Below are positions 18,818 to 27,158 of a stretch of 32,000 nt of DNA, one piece after another. The position numbers were made by a program, and so were the translations under genes. Origin of the DNA: Erysipelothrix inopinata (GTDB taxonomy: Bacteria > Bacillota_I > Bacilli_A > Erysipelotrichales > Erysipelotrichaceae); the NCBI RefSeq assembly GCF_014396165.1, contig NZ_CP060715.1:480001-512000 (forward strand), in the 5' to 3' direction. Position 1 is the first letter of the stretch. Each line of letters opens with the position of its first letter. The notes under the pieces are model-generated. The model was not told where the DNA came from and searched no databases. It saw nothing but the letters and a program-made list of their open reading frames with translations.

Positions 18818-19969
18818 ATGAACATAGGAATCGATAAAATCGGATTTTATTCCCCTGAATATTTTATTGATATGCGAAAACTTGCAGTGGCTCGTAACAT
18901 TGACCCTGATAAGTTCACATACGGTTTAGGCCAAGACCTTATGGCTGTGAAACCCATAACTCAAGATACCATTACAATGGGAGCAAATGCTGCCAATACA
19001 ATATTAAACGATAGCGATAAAGAGGCCATTGATCTTGTTATCCTAGCTACCGAAACTGGATTAGATTTTTCAAAGTCAGGTGCAACTTCTATTCATAGCT
19101 TGCTAGGAATCAACGCCTTCGCACGCTGCATTGAAATGAAACAAGCCTGCTACTCCGCAACTGCAGCAATTGCCTTTGCACAAGCTCACATCGCAATGAC
19201 ACCGGGCAGTAAAGCACTCGTGATTGCGAGTGACACTTCCCGCTATGGACTTAATACATCCGGAGAACCAACTCAAGGAGCTGGCGCTGTAGCGATGTTA
19301 ATATCTGAAGAACCTCGTATTCTTCAACTCGAAACCAACGCCACCTACTTCACAGATGATATTTTAGATTTCTGGAGACCAAACTATAGCGATGTCGCAC
19401 TTGTTGACGGTAAATATTCAAACGAACAATATCAAAGATTCTTCGAAACAGTTATCAACCGTCATTTCGAAAAAAATGAGATGTCACTTGCTGATTTCAA
19501 CGCATTGTGTTTCCACATTCCCTATACAAAAATGGGATTAAAAGCACTCAGAAGCATTGTCGATAAAGAAGAACGTCCTGACTTATATATAAATTATACA
19601 GATAGCACACTTTACAATCGACAAGTGGGTAACATCTATACCGGATCGCTTTACCTAAGTCTTCTTTCCCTTTTAGAAAAAGGAACAATGAAGCCAAGGG
19701 AACGCATTGGTTTATTCAGCTACGGTTCAGGCGCTGTAGGAGAATTCTTCTCCGGCATCTTACAACCTGATTATAAAGAAGCACTCATTAACCACGAGCT
19801 CGTTCTAAACAAACGCCAAGAACTTTCAATCAAAGAATACGAACGTATGTACAATGCAAAAACTGTCGAAAATGGTTCACACCAAATCTTCGACACGACT
19901 CACGAGCAATCTGTATTCTACATGGCTGAAATTAAAAATAATGCCCGCATTTATAAAACTAACAAATAG
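18818..19969 (+). CDS. mvaS: Hydroxymethylglutaryl-CoA synthase
   Basis: 383 aa. Catalytic Cys in EMKQACYSATAA, a later HIPYTKMG segment, and GNIYTGSLYLSL. Divergent from the thiolase gene. Confidence 0.9.
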   Translation: MNIGIDKIGFYSPEYFIDMRKLAVARNIDPDKFTYGLGQDLMAVKPITQDTITMGANAANTILNDSDKEAIDLVILATETGLDFSKSGATSIHSLLGINAFARCIEMKQACYSATAAIAFAQAHIAMTPGSKALVIASDTSRYGLNTSGEPTQGAGAVAMLISEEPRILQLETNATYFTDDILDFWRPNYSDVALVDGKYSNEQYQRFFETVINRHFEKNEMSLADFNALCFHIPYTKMGLKALRSIVDKEERPDLYINYTDSTLYNRQVGNIYTGSLYLSLLSLLEKGTMKPRERIGLFSYGSGAVGEFFSGILQPDYKEALINHELVLNKRQELSIKEYERMYNAKTVENGSHQIFDTTHEQSVFYMAEIKNNARIYKTNK

Positions 19970-19970
19970 T

Positions 19971-20004
19971 AAAAAATGACCTTAAATTATAAGGTCATTT
20001 TTTA
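19971..20004. terminator. Bidirectional terminator between mvaS and darA
   Basis: AAAAAA-TGACCTTA-5 nt-TAAGGTCA-TTTTTT. Confidence 0.65.
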
Positions 20005-20325
20005 TAGTTTATGGAATTGTGCGACATCTAAGATAAATACTGTAGCACCACCAACTTGAACTTCGACTGGGAACGATGCATAACGTCCAATATCGTAAGA
20101 AGCTGTCGAAGGAACCACTTCAGTACGTTTTTTACATTCATTTCCGATTACTTCTAAACATGCGTCAACACGGTCATCTTCAACACCAATAATTAAAGTT
20201 GTGTTTCCTGCTCTTAAGAACCCACCTGTTGTTGCTAGACGCGTTACTTGGAAGTTTTCTTTATTTAATGATGATGATACAACTGAACTATCATCATTAG
20301 ATACGATTGCTAATACTAATTTCAT
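20002..20325 (-). CDS. darA: PII-like cyclic-di-AMP receptor (DarA/PstA, YaaQ family)
   Basis: 107 aa. MKLVLAIV..DD...V...L....F.VT.LATTGGFLR.GNTTL.IGVED..VD, a characteristic YaaQ/DUF970 pattern. Confidence 0.75.
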   Translation of the reverse strand: MKLVLAIVSNDDSSVVSSSLNKENFQVTRLATTGGFLRAGNTTLIIGVEDDRVDACLEVIGNECKKRTEVVPSTASYDIGRYASFPVEVQVGGATVFILDVAQFHKL

Positions 20326-20411
20326 GGGAATACCTCCTCTATCTCTAGTTAATATTATAACATAATCTGTATTTTATAAAATACAGTCTTCGTGTAAATA
20401 AATTCCTAAGT

Positions 20412-20435
20412 AAAAAACCTCACTGAGTGAGGTTT
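20412..20435 (-). terminator. Rho-independent terminator of ychF
   Basis: AACCTCAC-tga-GTGAGGTT followed by TTTT on the minus strand. Confidence 0.6.
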
Positions 20436-21537
20436 AGTTATTAAATCTAAAGTGAACGATGTCGCCATCCTTCATAACGTATTCTTTACCTTCGGAACGC
20501 ATTTTTCCAGCTTCTTTAATTGCTTGTTCACTGTGGAACTCAGCAAGATCTTCAACATTGTAAGTTTCAGAACGAATAAATCCTTTTTCAAAGTCAGTGT
20601 GGATAACTCCAGCACATTGTGGTGCTTTCATTCCTTCAGTAAAGGTCCACGCACGAATTTCTTGAGGACCTGCAGTAAAGAATGTACGAAGTTTTAAGAT
20701 ATCATAGCAGTTACGAACGAGAACATCCAAACCACTTTCCGATACCCCTAAATCTTGGAGGAACATATCACGTTCTTCATCTTCAAGACTTGATAAATCC
20801 TCTTCTACTTTTGCACATACAGCAATAACACGTGCACCACGATCGGCTGCATATTTTTTCACTTGTTGATACATATCATTGCTTTCAACATCCATAAGGC
20901 TGTCTTCGTCAACGTTCGCAACATAAATAACCGGTTTAATTGTTAAGAAGTGGAATGTTCTTACTACTTTCATTTCTTCATCAGTGAGTGACAATTCACT
21001 TAAAGGTTTGTTATTTTCTAATAACTCTTTTGCACGATTAAGAATTGAAAGTTCCATCATTGCTTCTTTATCGTTTGATTTAGCTTTACGTCCTACTTTA
21101 TTAAGACGGTTATCGACAGATTGTAAATCTGCAAGCATCAATTCAATCTCAATAATTTCAATATCAGAAATCGGATCACCAACAATACCGTGTTCATGAA
21201 CAATATCACTATTTGCAAAACAGCGAACAACATGAGCAATCGCATCAACTTCACGAATGTTAGACAAGAATTGGTTTCCTAATCCTTCTCCTTTTGAAGC
21301 TCCTTTTACAAGTCCCGCAATATCTGTAAATTCAAATGTAGTTGGGATAATTTTCTTTGATTCAATAAATTCACGAATCGTATCGAGACGTGGATCGTTT
21401 ACTTTTACGACACCTACATTAGGTTCGATAGTTGCAAACGGATAGTTTGCAGCTTCTACCTGTGATTTCGTAATTGCGTTAAATAACGTTGATTTCCCAA
21501 CATTTGGTAAACCAACAATTCCAGCTGTTAATGCCAT
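20434..21537 (-). CDS. ychF: Ribosome-binding ATPase YchF
   Basis: 367 aa. GIVGLPNVGKSTLFNA P-loop and a C-terminal TGS-type segment (KGFIR.E...). Confidence 0.95.
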   Translation of the reverse strand: MALTAGIVGLPNVGKSTLFNAITKSQVEAANYPFATIEPNVGVVKVNDPRLDTIREFIESKKIIPTTFEFTDIAGLVKGASKGEGLGNQFLSNIREVDAIAHVVRCFANSDIVHEHGIVGDPISDIEIIEIELMLADLQSVDNRLNKVGRKAKSNDKEAMMELSILNRAKELLENNKPLSELSLTDEEMKVVRTFHFLTIKPVIYVANVDEDSLMDVESNDMYQQVKKYAADRGARVIAVCAKVEEDLSSLEDEERDMFLQDLGVSESGLDVLVRNCYDILKLRTFFTAGPQEIRAWTFTEGMKAPQCAGVIHTDFEKGFIRSETYNVEDLAEFHSEQAIKEAGKMRSEGKEYVMKDGDIVHFRFNN

Positions 21538-21540
21538 AGA

Positions 21541-21741
21541 TTAATCCTCACTTCTTTCAATTATTTTTTTTAGTTTCTTAGCGAACTCATGACGTGGCAT
21601 CATGATGACTGCGCCACATCCTTCACACTTTATTTTAATATCAGCACCCATACGAACAATCTTAAAATACTGTGATTTTTTACAAGGGTGATCTTTTTTC
21701 ATTTGTACAATATCACCAAGATTGAAGTCCTTGTTGTCCAT
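21541..21741 (-). CDS. DUF951 family small protein (YyzM-like)
   Basis: 66 aa. GDIVQMKKDHPC....F.I.R.GADI.IKC.GCG pattern. Conserved partner immediately upstream of ychF in Bacillota. Confidence 0.7.
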   Translation of the reverse strand: MDNKDFNLGDIVQMKKDHPCKKSQYFKIVRMGADIKIKCEGCGAVIMMPRHEFAKKLKKIIERSED

Positions 21742-21742
21742 A

Positions 21743-22582
21743 CTATTCTCCCTTTAATTTATAGGCAACCATTGTATTTTCAAGTAAACTTGCGATGGTC
21801 ATTGGACCCACACCTTTTGGAACAGGTGTCGCATAAGCAGCTTTCTCATAAGCTTCTGGCTGAACATCACCCACAATTTTACCATCGATACGATGAATTC
21901 CAACATCAATGAGAACATGGTTACCATGAATCATAGACGCCTCTATGAACTGTGCTTTCCCTATTGCCACGACTATTATATCATTTTCTGCTATCAATGA
22001 TTCAAGATTTGTAGTTTTTGAATGCGCAATAGTAACCGTTGCATTTTCTTTCATAAGAAGCGACGCTACCGGTTTTCCGACAAGTCGACTTCTTCCAATA
22101 ACAAGTGCTCTTTTCCCTGACAAATCAATATTATACTCATTTAATAATGTCATGATTCCTTTAGGAGTACAGGGTATGAATCGTGCTTGATCCAGTGCCA
22201 ACAATCCCACATTTTCAGGGTGGAGACCATCCACATCTTTATCAGGACTTAGCGCATTAATGACGATATCTTCATCGAGATGTTTTGGAAGGGGTAATTG
22301 AACAAGAATACCATCAACACGGTCATCTTGATTCAAATCAGAGATTAATGATAATAAAGTTTCTAGACTTGTATCTTCCGGAAGAAGATACGCCTGAGAT
22401 TCAAAGCCAACACGTTCGCATTGCTTAACCTTAGAATTTACGTAAGTCTGAGATGCAGCATCTGTACCCACTAATACTACCGCTAAGCAAGGCACTCTTT
22501 TTCCTTGCCCCTTCAGTATTTCTACCTCAGTTCTTAAGTTATTTTTAATTATCTTTGATACTTCGAATCCATCTAATTTCAT
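21743..22582 (-). CDS. folD: Bifunctional methylenetetrahydrofolate dehydrogenase / methenyl-THF cyclohydrolase
   Basis: 279 aa. LVG.D.AS..YV..K, GRS.LVGKPVA and PVPKGVGPMT motifs. Confidence 0.95.
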   Translation of the reverse strand: MKLDGFEVSKIIKNNLRTEVEILKGQGKRVPCLAVVLVGTDAASQTYVNSKVKQCERVGFESQAYLLPEDTSLETLLSLISDLNQDDRVDGILVQLPLPKHLDEDIVINALSPDKDVDGLHPENVGLLALDQARFIPCTPKGIMTLLNEYNIDLSGKRALVIGRSRLVGKPVASLLMKENATVTIAHSKTTNLESLIAENDIIVVAIGKAQFIEASMIHGNHVLIDVGIHRIDGKIVGDVQPEAYEKAAYATPVPKGVGPMTIASLLENTMVAYKLKGE

Positions 22583-22622
22583 ATCTCTTTCCTCCCACTA
22601 ACGTCTTTTATAATATCATACC

Positions 22623-23078
22623 TTATAGAACCTTTCCATCACGAACCCTAAGGATAATGGTAACGGGTCCATCATTATCAAGTTCTACATTCATATGGGC
22701 TTGAAACACTCCTGTTTCGACCTTCAAGGATTGTTTTTCTAACTGCTCATTGAAGACAGAAAATAATGTTCTGGCTTCATCAGGATGCATGGCCTGAGTA
22801 AAACTAGGCCTATTTCCCTTACGTACATCTGCCGCTAACGTAAATTGGGAAATTGATAATACTTCTCCACCATGTTGATGAAGGCTCTCATTAATCTTTC
22901 CATCCTCATCCTCAAAGATTCTCATATTCGCAATTTTCTCAGCTGCCTTAGAAACATCCGCAACCGTATCACCATCTTCAAGCCCTACCAATAAAACAAA
23001 TCCTTCCTGAATAGATCCAGTAATCTGATTATCGACTGTCACTTTTGCATTTTTTACCTTTTGTATTACAACTTGCAT
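22623..23078 (-). CDS. dtd: D-aminoacyl-tRNA deacylase
   Basis: 151 aa. MQVVIQKV..A.V, SQFTL and NDGPVT motifs. Confidence 0.92.
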   Translation of the reverse strand: MQVVIQKVKNAKVTVDNQITGSIQEGFVLLVGLEDGDTVADVSKAAEKIANMRIFEDEDGKINESLHQHGGEVLSISQFTLAADVRKGNRPSFTQAMHPDEARTLFSVFNEQLEKQSLKVETGVFQAHMNVELDNDGPVTIILRVRDGKVL

Positions 23079-23136
23079 GAAATCACCTCTCTCTTATTCT
23101 ACATGAAACATGGTACAATAAATAGAGGTGATAATT

Positions 23137-24387
23137 ATGAATAAACCCTTAGCTTTTGAAGTAAGACCTGCTACTCTTGATGAGATTATCGGTCAAAAAC
23201 ATATTCTTGGTGAAGATAAGATTTTAAGAAACTTAATCAACAATAATGAACTCCCATCAATGATTTTTTTCGGTCCTCCTGGAACGGGAAAAACAACCAC
23301 AGCGATGGCACTTGCGGAAGCATTAAATCGACCTTACCGTATTTTTAATGCTGTCACAGATAACAAAAAGAAACTTGATCAACTTTTCATTGAAGCAGAA
23401 ATGAGTCGGGGCCTCATTGTCATTATTGATGAAGTTCATCGTCTCAATAAAGATAAACAAGACATCCTCTTACCTCACATCGAAAACGGCTTGATCACGA
23501 TGATTGGTGCAACTACTGCAAACCCCTATTTTTCGATCAATCCCGCTATTCGTTCACGCGTTCATCTCTTTGAATTTTATCCTCTAACTCAGGATGACAT
23601 TGAAGAAGTCTTAACTCGTGCAGCAAAATCATTTGAAGATCGTATCAAAATTGATCCGGAAGTTATTGCTTCGATTGCACGTTCTGCAAACGGTGATGCA
23701 AGATTTGCACTTAATGCCTTAGATTTAGCTTCAAAATCATTTATGGTTGATACCATAACAATGGAACATCTCGGTCAATTATCTTTATCGATGAATATAA
23801 CGATGGATAAAGATAGTGACAATTATTATGACACGTTATCTGCATTTCAAAAATCAATTCGTGGTAGTGATGTTGATGCTTCGCTTTACTATCTCGCGAA
23901 ACTCATTCAAGTTGGTGATTTTGATTCTATTGAAAGACGATTGATTGCGACAGCCTATGAAGATATTGGTCTCGCTAATCCCGCACTATGCGCACGCGTC
24001 GTTACTGCACTCGAAGCCGCCCGAAAAATAGGTTTCCCTGAAGCCCGTCTTCCAATTAGTGTTGTGGTTATTGAATGTGCACTTTCTCCCAAGTCAAAAT
24101 CAGGGGAAGCTTCAATTGATGCAGCATTATCTACAATTCGAAATACCGCTTTTCAAGTTCCAAAATATCTTAGACTTAATGCAGTGGGTGTTGATGAGGA
24201 CGACATGTATGATTATGGTCGTGCTGATCTGTGGCGAAAAATCCAATACCTCCCTGATGAGCTTAAGGATACACGTTTCTACGAACCACAAAACTTAAAT
24301 TCAGCAGAGAAAACTTATGCAGCAAACAATGATGCCTTAAAGCAAACAAAACGTTCTTCAAATTTAAAACAACTTAAGAAAAAATAA
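23137..24387 (+). CDS. rarA: Replication-associated recombination protein A (AAA+ ATPase)
   Basis: RP..LDEIIGQ.H, Walker A GPPGTGKTT, Walker B IIDEVHR and a MgsA-type C-terminal domain (YYD..SAFQKS.RGSD.DA.LYYLA). Start at ATG 23137, 8 nt after AGAGG; the track start at 23128 is a GTG. Confidence 0.92.
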   Translation: MNKPLAFEVRPATLDEIIGQKHILGEDKILRNLINNNELPSMIFFGPPGTGKTTTAMALAEALNRPYRIFNAVTDNKKKLDQLFIEAEMSRGLIVIIDEVHRLNKDKQDILLPHIENGLITMIGATTANPYFSINPAIRSRVHLFEFYPLTQDDIEEVLTRAAKSFEDRIKIDPEVIASIARSANGDARFALNALDLASKSFMVDTITMEHLGQLSLSMNITMDKDSDNYYDTLSAFQKSIRGSDVDASLYYLAKLIQVGDFDSIERRLIATAYEDIGLANPALCARVVTALEAARKIGFPEARLPISVVVIECALSPKSKSGEASIDAALSTIRNTAFQVPKYLRLNAVGVDEDDMYDYGRADLWRKIQYLPDELKDTRFYEPQNLNSAEKTYAANNDALKQTKRSSNLKQLKKK

Positions 24388-24398
24388 GATAATGCATG

Positions 24399-24428
24399 TA
24401 AAAACACAAGGATTCCCTTGTGTTTTTA
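24399..24428. terminator. Bidirectional terminator between rarA and the lipoprotein gene
   Basis: ACACAAGG-4 nt-CCTTGTGT flanked by an A-run and a T-run. Confidence 0.65.
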
Positions 24429-25373
24429 TTTACTATAATTATTAATTTCATTTACGATTTTATTGAATCCATCTCCTAATGTATCAGACTCACGAAGTTT
24501 CTCTTCATCGACGATAGATGATCTATACTTGTTGACATCATCCTTGAAACTAGAGTTAGTATCGGTCAAATATGATAGCGATTGATATTTAGATTGACGA
24601 TAGTACTTTTGTAATGTTTCTTCAGTAATTTCATCCTTCTCATCTGCAAAGAACTCATCGTAGTGAAAATCTACTATTTTATTTGTTTCTTTATTATAGA
24701 CAACTTGGAGACTTCCAAAAATTCCTCCTCCAAGTTCACGCGTCACTGAAACTATCTTTAAAGGTGATGGCGATTTCAATTTTGGTTCGACTTGTGCCAA
24801 TAGTGGAATAAATCCTTCAACTGCACTGGTAGAGGCACCTTTAGGATTTTTAAAGTCGCCTGTAACCGAATTATTTTCAAGTACTTGAGATTCTAAATAT
24901 GTCATAGCATTAACAATCGTAACAAGTGAGACATCGGTTCGTTCGTTTTCCATTTGCCAATTTGCATATCCTGAAGTTCGTTTCGTTTGATTTCGCCACT
25001 CTGGAGCATAGTAATTCTCTGGGGCTTTCTCATCAAATCTTACAGATATAATATCTTTAGTTTTACTGTCTTGAATAATTGCGACCGTTGCCAAATAGCC
25101 TCCATTAAAATTCAATGAATCAAAGGTATAATCACCCTCAATCAAACCAATTTTTGGACGTCCTGACCACTTCATTCGTTCAGCTTTTTCATCACCTTTG
25201 AATGCCGGGCCCTCAACTTTACCTGTTGTTGCACCTGATATAATATCGAACTCACTAATCTGACCGTTAATATCGATCTTTGCTCTATTGGAAGACTGAT
25301 TTTCTTCCTCTTTTTTACTTGGAGCGCATGCACTTAACAAAAGACACATAATAATTACGAGAGTTTTTTTCAT
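24426..25373 (-). CDS. Lipoprotein with FMN-binding-domain-like features (hypothesis)
   Basis: Start at ATG 25373 gives MKKTLVIIMCLLLSAC, a signal peptide with lipobox LLSAC. Motif DIISGATTG is encoded at 25221-25247, and a second motif, PKGASTSAVEGF, has its GAS at 24831-24839. No other family recognised. Confidence 0.55.
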   Translation of the reverse strand: MKKTLVIIMCLLLSACAPSKKEEENQSSNRAKIDINGQISEFDIISGATTGKVEGPAFKGDEKAERMKWSGRPKIGLIEGDYTFDSLNFNGGYLATVAIIQDSKTKDIISVRFDEKAPENYYAPEWRNQTKRTSGYANWQMENERTDVSLVTIVNAMTYLESQVLENNSVTGDFKNPKGASTSAVEGFIPLLAQVEPKLKSPSPLKIVSVTRELGGGIFGSLQVVYNKETNKIVDFHYDEFFADEKDEITEETLQKYYRQSKYQSLSYLTDTNSSFKDDVNKYRSSIVDEEKLRESDTLGDGFNKIVNEINNYSK

Positions 25374-25486
25374 ACTTTTTCCTTTCGTCACTGCTACTTT
25401 AAGGATACATGACAAAAAACAATCCATCAAATATTATACTTTCCCTCAATCACTTATTCATAGCTAATAAGTGATTTTAAGGTAAA

Positions 25487-25516
25487 GAAAAACCATGATC
25501 GGAATCATGGTTTTGT
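25487..25516 (-). terminator. Rho-independent terminator of the duplicated lipoprotein gene
   Basis: AACCATGAT-4 nt-ATCATGGTT followed by TTTTCTT on the minus strand. Confidence 0.65.
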
Positions 25517-25529
25517 TTTATATCTGAAA

Positions 25530-26405
25530 TTATTTAACTTCAACTGCTGCTTTTTCAGCTGCTTCGATTCCTTTTACGAAACCATCTTTGTTGATTGAAA
25601 CTGTAGCTGTAACGTCTTTGTCTTCGTTAACACCTTGGATAGCTTTTAAGTCTTTACCGATTGTCCATTCGTTGAATTTAGCAATTTGTTCGAACCATTC
25701 TAGTTTTGAACCTTTTGCTTTCATTCCGTAGTCTTCTTTCTTTTCAAGTTTTGTACGGAGTTCGTCTGGGCTACTGATTTGAGCTTGATCGATGAATGTG
25801 TAAACTACTTTACCATCTTTATCAAATCCAACTGCTGTAACTGTTGTATCAATTTCAACTTTATCTTTTGCAACTGAAGCTGATGATACTGAACCTACTT
25901 TTGCAAGTCCTTTAACTTCTTTAGCGTTTGCAATTGCTTTTTCAACTGATGCGATGTAACCATCGATGTTGATTGAAACTGATGATTTAACGTCTGCGTT
26001 ATCACCTGCTTTTTTGATTTCTGCAAGGTCTTTTCCAACCATCCATTTTTCAAGTTCAGCGATTTGTTCGTTCCATTCTAATTTAGAACCTTTTTCTTTC
26101 ATTCCGTAAGCTGCACCAAGAACTTTTTTAGATTCTTTGATTGTAGCTGTGAAATCTTTAGCTTGGCTATTTTGGTTTGTATCGATTTGAACTTGTTTAA
26201 CTTTATCTCCGTCTAATACGACAGTAGCATAAGTAACATTTGATTCAAATTCTCCAGCTTGGTTATCTTTAGCTGCGACAACAATACCTGTACCGATTTT
26301 TAGGGCTCCGCCTGCGTTTTCTTCTGGTTTCTTAGTATCTTCTTTTTTACCACAACCAGTTAAAACTAGCATCCCTACTAGTAAGACTGCAAATAATTTC
26401 TTCAT
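25530..26405 (-). CDS. Lipoprotein built from two tandem ~126-aa repeats
   Basis: MKKLFAVLLVGMLVLTGC, a signal peptide with lipobox LTGC. Repeat cores are YGMKEKGSKLEWNEQIAELEKWMVGKDLAEIKK (from residue 100) and YGMKAKGSKLEWFEQIAKFNEWTIGKDLKAIQG (from residue 226). AGGAGG SD. Confidence 0.6.
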   Translation of the reverse strand: MKKLFAVLLVGMLVLTGCGKKEDTKKPEENAGGALKIGTGIVVAAKDNQAGEFESNVTYATVVLDGDKVKQVQIDTNQNSQAKDFTATIKESKKVLGAAYGMKEKGSKLEWNEQIAELEKWMVGKDLAEIKKAGDNADVKSSVSINIDGYIASVEKAIANAKEVKGLAKVGSVSSASVAKDKVEIDTTVTAVGFDKDGKVVYTFIDQAQISSPDELRTKLEKKEDYGMKAKGSKLEWFEQIAKFNEWTIGKDLKAIQGVNEDKDVTATVSINKDGFVKGIEAAEKAAVEVK

Positions 26406-26724
26406 GTTATTCCTCCTACGAATACATTACCATTGTAATGTTACTGCTATCATTGGTCAATACGTTCTCAAGTTTTTTCACCCTGTATGAGCTCGATTTC
26501 ACAAACTTCTCAACAATATAATCGTTTTTGTGAAGTTTTCTTGTGTTTTAACAGGAAACACTCCCAAAGCGATATCTTCATTTAAGTTTGTTTTTCTTAA
26601 TTTTAGTTTGTCACATACTTTTTCACAAGCAACGCATCTGTAAATCTTTCTTACTAAAAGCTATTTCATTTCATTATCACTTTAAATCTGGTGCGAGAAG
26701 TTATACTTTTCTCGGAGGATACTT

Positions 26725-27156
26725 ATGAAATCTATTCGAAAATATACTTTAATCTTGTTAAGTTTTCTATTACTGACGGCATGCGCATCACCTACCGCCG
26801 CAACAATCGACATCAACGATGATTCAATTCCATCAATTTATACTGTAATTGGTAAGAAAAAGATCGCCTACACTGACAGTTCACACAAGGACGGAGTTCG
26901 CTCTACTGAATTAACTTATAAAAGTAGTGAATTAACAGAAGCAGAAATCGTAGAATATACTGAATATTTGTTGAACGAAGAAGACTTCGTTTTAACCAAA
27001 GAACTTGAAGATGTCAGTGATACGATCAGTACATGGCAAATTGCGAAGGAATCAAGTAGAGACGGCAACATCATCCTGATTACATTTAATTATGAATCCA
27101 TGGGTGACGTTATTATCAACTATGCAACAGGTCCTGGAACACTCACACGATATTAA
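26725..27156 (+). CDS. Small lipoprotein, function unknown
   Basis: 143 aa. MKSIRKYTLILLSFLLLTAC, a signal peptide with lipobox LLTAC. GGAGG SD 7 nt upstream. Confidence 0.55.
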   Translation: MKSIRKYTLILLSFLLLTACASPTAATIDINDDSIPSIYTVIGKKKIAYTDSSHKDGVRSTELTYKSSELTEAEIVEYTEYLLNEEDFVLTKELEDVSDTISTWQIAKESSRDGNIILITFNYESMGDVIINYATGPGTLTRY

Positions 27157-27158
27157 AG

